Positions 1 through 8,444 of a stretch of 22,011 nucleotides of DNA are shown here, one piece after another (positions within the stretch are counted from its first letter, which is position 1; every line of letters begins with the position of its first letter). This stretch comes from Pseudogymnoascus verrucosus (Eukaryota). Both the position numbers and the translations under genes were made by a program. Below the pieces are notes generated by a model that was not told where the DNA came from, searched no databases, and worked only from the letters and a program-made list of their open reading frames with translations. The stretch is taken from assembly GCA_001662655.1 (NCBI GenBank), contig KV460288.1. One strand, given 5' to 3'.

Positions 1-76
1 CCAGCCTCGGCATAACTTTTTTTTTACCTTTTCCCATCTTCCGTCTCTCCAATAGCTAGCTAACCCAATCCCACAG

Positions 77-116
77 CAACGGCTCCCAGTTCTTCGTCAC
101 CACCGTCGTGACCAGC

Positions 117-155
<39 letters not shown>

Positions 156-263
156 GACGAGGAGTCCCTCAACATCGTCAAGGCCCTCGAGGCTACCGGC
201 TCCGGCTCCGGAAAGGTCAACTACAACAAGAAGCCCACCATTGTCAAGTCTGGCGAGTTGTAA
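77..263 (+). CDS. Cyclophilin-type peptidyl-prolyl cis-trans isomerase, last exon only (gene begins before the window)
   Basis: Branch point GCTAAC (59-64) and acceptor CAG (74-76) are followed by [61 protein letters not shown] (TAA 261-263). NGSQFF and [12 protein letters not shown] are cyclophilin signature motifs. Confidence 0.95.
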
Positions 264-1166
264 AGCACTCTCTCTTAACGTAGTAGTGTGAGAAAACTTT
301 ATATATATATCCTCGCGGTGCTGGCGACGCTTGAGCGTAAGGTTTAGCTAGCTGCCGTGTGTGTGTGCTCAGAGATGGGCGAATAACAAAAGCTTCGGAT
401 CTTTCAATTAGTGATCTTTATTGGAATGTGATGCGTGAATTGTGTGAATTGTTCTTGTTGCCACAGTTACCTATCACCTGTGCCATACTGCAAACACCAC
501 TTTTCTCCACCCACGCGCCGAACCACCATAGCACTCTTTCCCTTCCAACATATGAGTTTTGTCATACTCGCATCGCCCAGTAGTCTATAGAGGGGATTGC
601 ATATATCTCAGAACCAATACCAGCAATTTAAACTCGTACAATTCACTTCTCCACTTCCATTTGTGAGCAAACTATTTAGCTAAGCTTATCAAGTATAACT
701 CTGCGTGGTTCATCGCCTCTGCTTAAATCACACTTGCTACAGACAACTGATGTCACCACAATCCCTTTCCACACATTTTACACAGTACGAATAGCAACGG
801 TTCGATACCGATAATTTAATCTGATGAGGTTGTCGCTCTTTCGCTTTGTTTCAGAGTAAACACATTATGGCAAGTACAGCTTTCGGTAATTGAATGTTTG
901 TTTTTCAGATTACAGATCTTTGTAATCACCACTCTGGTCTCTAGTCCCTCTAGACTTTCAGCCAGCACGAGTATTTTTGGCCTCAAATACAACACCCCAA
1001 CCTCACCCCTCCCAAAAAATCACAATAAGTCCACCTAACACCAAAAAAACGCCCCCACCACTTGATCCCAAGGTATACCCCATTAACGCCCTCCCCTCTC
1101 CCCCCTCTCCCCTCTCCCTCCCATTTCTCCCCCTACCATTCTCCTTCCCTCATCCCCCCCTTCCCC

Positions 1167-2268
1167 TCAGAACCCCCCCCCAGTCAACCACTCCTGAAAA
1201 TAAACACAACTACTCGCACTCACCGGCCCCCCCTCCTCACAAAGCTCAAAAACAGGACACCTCCCACACGGCGCCTCGGTCACTCCATTCCCCCTCTCCA
1301 CCGCCTCCTCCCCTACAATCGCCTTCCTAACCGCCTTAAACGCTACCCCCTCGGGTCCCGCTACCACTTGCTCGATGCGGCGATCGTAGATGAGAACGTC
1401 GAGGAGGGCGGAGATATCGTCTGCGGAGAGGGTGGTGGAGGTGATGGGGGAGGACTCGATGAAGAGGGTTAGTTCGGCGAGGGAGGGGTAGCCGCGGTAG
1501 GTGGGGGGGAGGGGGAGGAGTGTTATGGTATCTCCCCCCTGTGCTTGCTTGGGTGCTGGGCGGCCTGCAATCCGTTTAAGCGGCCGGCGGGAGGTAGACC
1601 GGTAGAACGACCGCGCTTCGATGTACTTATATAGCACCCCCGTCAAGCCCTCAATAAACGCCTCATCCAGCTCATTATCAGTGTACCACGCCCCTCCCGT
1701 CGCCTTTTCAGACGGGCGGAGAGTGGATTTGATGTACATCTTGCGAGTAGGGTGCTCCACGGATTTCATGTCTGAGATCAGCCTCTTGGTCTCGAGAGCT
1801 TTGAGGGCGGAGCGCATGAGGGATTCGTGGAGGGCGGTTTTGTTCTTGATGGTTTTGGACCAGATTCCTTCGGTGGAGGATTCGTCGATGAGGGAGTAGA
1901 CCATTTCTTGTTCGTGGGTTAGGCCGCGGTATCTGGGGGCCGGGTTAGCAAGTGCGTTCACGTCTGTCTGCCGTTTCTTGACGAGGGGGAGGAGGGAGGG
2001 AGGGGTAGGCTTACTTGAGAGCATCTTCGAGGGGGCGATACATCCACCCCAACTGCCCATCCCTCACCATCTTGAACAATTTCTCATCCACGAGCCGCTG
2101 CGTCACCTCGAGAAGAAGCGCCGCGTCGCTGTCGGGTATGACTCCCATGTCCAGGATGTCTTGTTGCCGGAACACGGTGTCGGGCTCTTCGTCGAGACAT
2201 TGTTCGTAGACTTGGTTTTTGAGGATCTCGAGTTTGGCGTCGGCGGCGGTTGGGGGGGGGGAGGCCAT
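1167..2268 (-). CDS. RPC34: DNA-directed RNA polymerase III subunit RPC34/RPC6; exons 2268-2015 and 1932-1167
   Basis: ATG at 2268 (MASPPPTAADAKLEIL). Intron 2014-1933 (GTAAGC...TGCTAAC...CAG) joins the two ORFs in frame as EDALK/YRGLT. Family motifs GIWSKTIK, KSVEHPTRKMY, PSEKATGGAWYTDNELD and C-terminal PCGRCPVFELC...SCVYFQEWL. Confidence 0.93.
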
Positions 2269-2783
2269 CGTTGCGGCGTTGGGGGGGGGAGGCGAGGTGT
2301 GAGGGTGTGAGGTAGGTAGAGGTTGGTGGTGGCGTGGGCGATTGCCGGTGTAGTTATTGTGGTAAAGTTGGTATGTAAACTCGCAATAGCTCCAGCGACG
2401 ACTCTTCAATCTCGAACAGGCCGCGCTTCGCAGATCCCTTCTTGGTGCTGAGTCGAAAGTCTATCTGGCTGGAGTTAAGATGGGAAGGCTGGCGCCGAGT
2501 AGAAATATAATTTTTGGCGGGGCAAATATGGTTAAGGTTTAGGCGAGGCGGAGAGACGAGGCTACGACGCGAAAGTAGTCGATTTTGGTATGGACCATGA
2601 CGTCTTGGGTGGTCTTTGCTTGGAGCGAGAGCGAGAAAGTTAGATAAGAGACTACGAATCACGACGGCGACAGCGACAGCGACGGGTTTTTCGTGATCTC
2701 AGATACTGCGACTTGAGCTATTGGGTTTTTTATTAAGCACGCTTGCGCTCTATACTAGAATTGGCACACAGAACACCACAGCC

Positions 2784-4769
2784 ATGTCGGCACCTCCAGC
2801 AAAACGTGGACCATCAGTCCTGGTATGTGTTTCAGTCCCCTCCTCCAGCATTCGCAACAACGCATACATCTTCTGCCGCCCAATATAAAGACATAATCCT
2901 AACTCGCACCCAGGTCACCGACTCCCGCGAGCGCCTCCCACCTCCCCGCCAACCCGCGCGTCCTGCGAGCTCGCCAAGTAACGCCCGCGCCCGCATGCCA
3001 ACGCGTTACATATCCGTCGACAACGTCCTCCAGAACTCCTCCGAAATCCCCTCCGGACAAGCGCGCCTACCACCTCATGCTCGGACAGCACGTCCGGGCG
3101 TGCAACGTAGCATGTCTGCTGCGAATGTATCCCCCGGGACGCGGACGTCGCAGGTTAATATACCCGGGCGCACGACGAAGGTTAGCGAGAAGCTTGTTCT
3201 GATCCCGGAACTCGAAGAAGGGGGGGAGATAGAGGAGGGGGTGTCGGAAGGGACGTTCCGGCGTGGATATGTGGAGGAGAGCGAGGATGAGGGAAGGCCG
3301 TTACGGAACGAGGAGTTGGATGAGTTGAGGAAGAAGGGCGCGCTGAGGGGGAAGAGTTATGCGGAGCGCTTGCCGAAGGCGAAACGCACGGAGAAGGTGG
3401 CGAGGTGCACGGCGTACTGCACGGCGCAGGGATTTAAGATGGCAGCGACGGCGGCGTTTGTGAAGGAGCAGCATGGGGCGAAGACGAAGTTGTATGATGA
3501 TTGCCTGTATACGGTGTATCATCTCCCGCTCCTGCCGGGGAATGAGGGGTACCGGTTGAGGAGTAGTCCGATTCTGAAGCATCCGGGCGGGAAGGCGGTG
3601 CTGGATGAGGAGATTGAGAGGAGTGAGGCGAGGGTGTATCATGAGGGCTATTTTGAGGATACGGATGTGTATGGTGTTCGGGGGGGGGAGGAGAGCCCGG
3701 CGGGGGAGAGCGAGGATGATAGGATTAGGCGGGAGGATGAGGAGAGGCGTGGTAGGGAAGAGGAGAGGGTTGCGGCGCAGGGTAAGAGGGGTGATAGCCC
3801 GAACCGCCTCGCTCCCGATGCTACCACCTTCGCCGAGATGTTCGTCTTCTCCTACGGCGTAGTGGTATTCTGGAACTTCACCGAGAGCCAGGAGAAGGAC
3901 ACCCTCGCCGATTTCACCTTCACCGAGATGGAGACGGGGCAGTCGATCATATCGCGGCCGCAGGACGAGGCGGACTTTGAGACCGAGGAGCTGCATTTCG
4001 AGTATAGCTCGTTTGTGGACAGGCCGAGGGTGTTTAATGATATGATCACGCTGAGGAGTGGGGATCATATGATTAAACTCGCGATGAGCCATGCGATTGC
4101 ACAGAGTACGAAGTTGAGCTTTTTCGAGGAGAAGATGTCGCAGACTATGCTTGATGCTCAACATGTCCCGAAGCGCCTGGCGTTGACTGGAGAATTGGGG
4201 ATGTCTCGTCCTGAAGTTGTGAAGATCCTTGGGCGGTTGTTCAAGAGTCGTGTTGATGTGAATCTCTGTAAGTATTTCCTTGCCTCCTATTATGCAGCCC
4301 AAGGCTGTGGAATAGCTCCTGATATCCAACAGCATCCAACATCCTCGACGTCCCCAATTTCTTCTGGGACTCCGAGCCCACCCTCCACCCCCTCTACTTC
4401 GCCGTCCGCGAATACCTCGAGATCACCCCCCGCATCAAGGTCCTCAACGAGCGCTGCCGCGTCTTCCTCGAGCTCGCCGAGATCCTCACCGACTCCATCT
4501 CCGACACCAAGATGAGCAATATCACATGGATCATCATCTGGCTGATCGCCGTCAGTATCGTCGTCACCGTCTCGGAAGTTGTGTTGCGCTTTGGGATGTT
4601 GCAGAGTGGAAGGAACACTAACGTACCTGGTGTTTGTGGCCTCGCTAGGGTTGGGGCGTATGGGGGTGGAAACAATAATTTGACGAGGATAAGAGAGAAA
4701 TTGACGGACGACGATATGCAGCAGTTGTGTGGGATGCCTTATATCCAGACGACGTATAAGGATTTGTGA
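2784..4769 (+). CDS. RMD8: RMD8/RMD1-family (DUF155) sporulation protein, ~609 aa; exons 2784-2822, 2914-4267, 4333-4769
   Basis: Introns 2823-2913 (GTATGT..CCTAAC..CAG) and 4268-4332 (GTAAGT..CAG) keep the frame. Motifs CTAYCTA, FVFSYGVVVFWNF, SHAIAQSTKL, SSNILDVPNFFWDSEPTLHPLYFAVREYLEI and a C-terminal TM helix (WIIIWLIAVSIVV). RMD8 rather than RMD1 is from recalled motif similarity. Confidence 0.88.
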
Positions 4770-4808
4770 GCCGCTACCTTGCCGAGCTTGTGGTCGTCCC
4801 AAAAAAAA

Positions 4809-4902
4809 TGGCCTCTCAACCGACATTTGAACGCCCACCCCTCTCGCGACAATACCATCCCTCGCCCCCTATTACCCCTGGCTCATCCCCCCCTCGGCGG
4901 CC
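4809..4902 (-). other. Possible degenerate tRNA-like unit downstream of the tRNA-like gene
   Basis: The minus strand starts GGCC and ends AGGCCA+T8, like its neighbour (shared 16-mer CCAAAAAAAATGGCCT at 4799-4814 and 4925-4940). It contains A-box-like TGAGCCAGGGG and B-box-like GTTCAAAT. No clean cloverleaf. Confidence 0.3.
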
Positions 4903-4926
4903 AAAAAATCAATCAAAAAAATCACC

Positions 4927-4934
4927 AAAAAAAA
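4927..4934 (-). terminator. Pol III oligo-T terminator of the tRNA-like gene
   Basis: T8 directly after discriminator A73, with further T7 and T6 runs within 4903-4921. Confidence 0.8.
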
Positions 4935-5079
4935 TGGCCTGATCCAGATTCGAACTGGAGTTCTCCATCATTCCTCAATCAACCGCAGACTCGAGATATC
5001 CAAAGGTGCGAGCCTGAAGGTATCCAAGATTGGTTGATCAATTGAGGGACGGAAGTCTTAACCGCTAGACCATCGGGCC
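4935..5079 (-). tRNA. Atypical intron-containing tRNA or tRNA-like gene; anticodon ambiguous (TCA or CTC register)
   Basis: Minus strand: GGCCCGA TG GTCT AGCGGTTA AGAC T TCCGTC CCTCAA [71-nt intron 5041-4971] T GATGGA GAAC TCCAG TTCGAAT CTGGA TCAGGCC A, then T8. D and T stems are perfect, A and B boxes are intact, and the acceptor stem pairs 6/7 (C5-A68 mismatch). C replaces U33. Confidence 0.85.
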
Positions 5080-5423
5080 GGTGGAATTGAAGGGTAGTCG
5101 GTGAGAGGGGTATATAAGGTTTAGGCGGCAGGGGGTTTTTCTTTGTTCCTTTTTATGCGGGGCGGCGCAGGCGGCATAAGCGGCATAGGCGGTGTGTGTA
5201 TGATTAGATAGTGCAGGTTTGTGCGGAGCGGGGGGCGAGTTGTGTTGTTGTGCCCGTGGAGATTGGGGCGTGGGATTGGAGTATTGGGGGTTTGGCGTTG
5301 AGCATACGGTTGTTGGGGATTATTCATTTCATAGATAGCAAATTCCATCCTTCATATCCTTGACCCCCTTTTTGTGATGCCCCTTTATTTAACGCTCTGT
5401 ACTATATCAAGCTATGATCTCCC

Positions 5424-6586
5424 CTACAAGTTCCAATTCACAGCCTGTCCTTCCCTCCCAGACTTCTTCACATCCCACTCCCCTTTAATAACATCGATCA
5501 GCAACTTCAACGCCTCTACCGCGAAATTAACCATATTCTCCGCCCGGTCCGCAGATCCCGTGTCTACTTCCCGGGTGAATGTGCCTTCAGGTGTTGCGAC
5601 GGCGAGGGCTACGTATCCGCTGTTTCTCTTATCAGTCCCCTTTCTCTTCTCTATATCCTCCCATATACAGCTGATATTCTCCCACTTCATGACAGATACA
5701 GATACGGTGGAGAGGCAGACAACTTACGGAGTTCGGTTTTTAGTTGTTCCCCCAGTGGGACCAGCGGTGCCAGACTCGCAGATAGTGTATGTGCTGTCGA
5801 GTTTCGGACGGACGTTCTCTGCCATTTTGGAGACGACACCGAGGGTTGGGCCGACGTAGGATCTGGTGTCCTCTTCGGTCCATCCGGCTGGGGGACGTTA
5901 GTTTTCTCGGGCTTGGTGGATATGGTGGATATATGGGATATCTCTGGGGTCATGACGGGCAGAGAGAGGTGTTCGAGGACACAGCAAATGAGGGTATAAA
6001 AGCATGGATTTGGTGAAGATAGGCTGGGTAACTTACCAAATTGTACCCGTGAAGGGAGGGTATACAACTTCTCTGATATCAGCACTCATTCTCCAAATCT
6101 CCCACATCCCTCCTTCCCCTGCTCCTCTATCCATCCCATTCCTCCCTCAGAAACTACCCGCTACCCGCAGCAAGGACTCCACATACCGTCAACCCGCCCT
6201 TGTAAAACCTGCTCGCACCCGGCGTGCTCAGCAATGCAGCCGAGATTATCCCTCCGGCAGCCTGCACATAATATCAGCACCTCTGCGTATCTAACTTGTC
6301 AACCCGAAAACTCGCTGTGATGAATAATACAGCTGGGAGAAGGGGATGGGCATGTGACCATCAAGAAGCACGGGTGCCTGCGTAACGTATGAAATGAAAG
6401 ACACCGGATCAAATGGGAAAATAAGTCACATGAGCGACCATATGAGAGGATATCTCATAATATAAATCGTATACGCACCGTCTCAGCCACAGAAACAGTT
6501 TCATTTCGTCCTTTGAGGAGCTCAGCGACCTCTTCAACGAGTGGCACCAGGGACCGGGGCGGGAAAGAGGGGTTTAGGCCGAACAT
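5424..6586 (-). CDS. CinA C-terminal domain / PncC (NMN deamidase-like) protein, 189 aa; exons 6586-6479, 6261-6187, 6067-6037, 5887-5728, 5619-5424
   Basis: Five exons with GT-AG introns total 570 nt: MFGLNPSFPPRSLVPLVEEVAELLKGRNETVSVAET/AAGGIISAALLSTPGASRFYKGGLT/LYTLPSRVQF/AGWTEEDTRSYVGPT...CESGTAGPTGGTTKNRTP/GYVALAVATPEG...DRAENMVNFAVEALKLL. This matches the CinA motifs (VAESxTGG, PGAS..F.GG...Y, GxAGPxG, G.V..AVA). Confidence 0.9.
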
Positions 6587-7144
6587 TTCGGTGTTGTGTA
6601 GTTTATGATAAATGTAATTCAAGGGGTGCCGGGAGACCGAGGTGGGTTGGATAGAGGGGTATATATCCCGTGGTGGATTAGTAACGGGTGTGGACCCCTA
6701 TGATGGTGTTGGCAGGCGTGACGTGGAAGCTTTGCGGCCCGATGCACGAGATGCGTGGTGGTATGGTATGGAGAAACAAATGCATGACGGGTTGGGATTA
6801 TATTGGTTTATATCACGAGATTGTGGGGATTTGAGTGAGTTGGTACGGGTTGATACGGGTAGATGGTGGAATTGAGGTATGTAAGTTGTTATTTTATTTT
6901 GTTTATTTATTATACTGTCTAATTTTCTGTGATGTAAATGGTGTAGAAGACCGAATATATATAATTTTTTGATAAATTTCGACGAAATATAATGAACAAG
7001 CGTGTAGATAAAGACAAAAATATAAATAAAAGACGCTTGAACGAAAAAGTAAAGAGATTCCGAAAGCAAGGGTGGCTTGCTCTAGAATCAGGGTGCGTGC
7101 ATAGCAAACTCACCGTATATTTGCTTCCTGGAATACATGTATAA

Positions 7145-8173
7145 ATGCAACGCCATATAGAAACATTCCAACAAGTTTGGCATCGCCACAACATGTCTTC
7201 TTCTCGCTGGATCCCCCAGAGTCCCCCTCAACGAAGGAGCCACATGAGCCGACATACCTTCCTGCCCCCCATGATGTGGAGAGGTTCCATCGCTCCCGAC
7301 CGTCATTCGGTGATGGCTACGAGGGGAGGAGATAGAGGAAGGAGTTTCTTCTCTGACCTAACGATCGGAGACGGGAGAAGACCGCACGGCAATAGACGAA
7401 CGTCGATGAACGTAGGGTATCCCAGGTTTCCGAACCCCTCGGAGTACCCGCCTCCCCCCGGGTACCCATATTACGAATGGGACGAATTTTACGACCCTCA
7501 GCCGCCGACTGGTCCACGCCATGAGCATCTCCCTCGGCCAAGACGTGATTCTCATGTTGAGCGAGAGAAAACGCACGACGATACCGCCAACTTTGACAGC
7601 GCGTGTGGCAAGTTGTTTCAGCAACTTGAACAAGCTGAACAATTCTATCAGAATTTCCAACAGGAGTTCGACAACGAGATCACGTCCATCAAAAAGTACG
7701 CGGGCGATGGTATCCTGAGGGAGCTGTGGTCCCGTCGTATCGGAGTTCCATCATCCCGCCGAGATTCCATCAAGAGTGAAGAAGAGGTCAATGAGTGGGA
7801 GGCCCAAATGAGGAAGCCGTGCCAGAAGTTTCGAATCCAGGCGACGAAACTGGACATGTGTCTGCAAAAGGCAACAACTGCCACGATTCCAACCCCAAAG
7901 TCGAGAAAGGATGAAACAAGTGTCGACTCAGCAAAACTACTTCAGGACAAGATCGAGACTTCTGGAGAAGGGATTCGGTCTCTTTTGGGAAAAGTATACC
8001 GTTCTAGGCAGTATTGCTCTGAACTGGTGAAGGAACTAGGCCAGCTGAAGTCGCTCGTTGATCCCCAGAAATCTCAAGGATTTGACGAGCAAGAAGATGG
8101 TACCGATAGTAATGATGCTGAATATGGACCAGTGGCAGATACCGCTCCTGGCAATAGGGGTGCGAGCTGGTGA
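7145..8173 (+). CDS. Hypothetical protein (342 aa; start codon uncertain) with a disordered N-half and a helical/coiled-coil C-half
   Basis: Intronless 1029-nt ORF downstream of an AT-rich promoter-like tract. Amphipathic stretches such as FDSACGKLFQQLEQAEQFYQNFQQEFDNEI. No family recognised. Confidence 0.65.
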   Translation: MQRHIETFQQVWHRHNMSSSRWIPQSPPQRRSHMSRHTFLPPMMWRGSIAPDRHSVMATRGGDRGRSFFSDLTIGDGRRPHGNRRTSMNVGYPRFPNPSEYPPPPGYPYYEWDEFYDPQPPTGPRHEHLPRPRRDSHVEREKTHDDTANFDSACGKLFQQLEQAEQFYQNFQQEFDNEITSIKKYAGDGILRELWSRRIGVPSSRRDSIKSEEEVNEWEAQMRKPCQKFRIQATKLDMCLQKATTATIPTPKSRKDETSVDSAKLLQDKIETSGEGIRSLLGKVYRSRQYCSELVKELGQLKSLVDPQKSQGFDEQEDGTDSNDAEYGPVADTAPGNRGASW

Positions 8174-8286
8174 AGGAAAAACTAGGCCAGCTGAAATCGC
8201 TCGTCGATCCCCAAAAATCTGAATAATATGACGAGCAAGAAGATGGTTTCGGTAGGAATGATGTTGAATATAGACCAGCGGAAGAT
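8021..8286 (+). repeat. Diverged tandem duplication (~120 nt, period 143) of the ORF's 3' end
   Basis: 8021-8140 (GAACTGGTGAAGGAACTAGGCCAGCTGAAGTCGCTCGTTGATCCCC...) aligns with 8164-8286 (GAGCTGGTGAAGGAAAAACTAGGCCAGCTGAAATCGCTCGTCGATCCCC...). Confidence 0.95.
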
Positions 8287-8444
8287 CTTCAATTCTGAGG
8301 CGTGTTGATAGGGCGCGTGACTTCAATATTGATACTACAATCTCGATCGCGGGGTCATACTAAATTTAAAATCACAAGAAATATTAGTAGTATCCCATAC
8401 CTCTGTGAATACAAATCCCACATACCTGAAAAGAAAAAGTGTGG

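Noticed and set aside
977..1472. Pro-rich plus-strand ORFs (117 and 136 aa)
   Set aside because: Antisense shadows of the G-rich RPC34 3' end.
2662..2686. GCGACA-type short repeat in the RPC34/RMD8 divergent promoter
   Set aside because: Short microsatellite-like run with no evidence of function.
4268..4515. Ser/Pro-rich tail of the 590-aa ORF
   Set aside because: Read-through of intron 4268-4332; the spliced frame restores the conserved DUF155 sequence.
3301..4838. Minus-strand ORFs of 344 and 182 aa
   Set aside because: Antisense to RMD8; explained by codon bias, with no recognisable motifs.
4935..5079. Calling the gene tRNA-Sec or an ordinary tRNA-Glu(CTC)
   Set aside because: No long variable arm or extended acceptor stem for Sec; acceptor identity and C33 do not fit Glu.
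6262..6478. Long CinA intron 1 as a snoRNA host (8-bp inverted repeat CATGTGAC/GTCACATG)
   Set aside because: No convincing C/D or H/ACA boxes seen on the sense strand.
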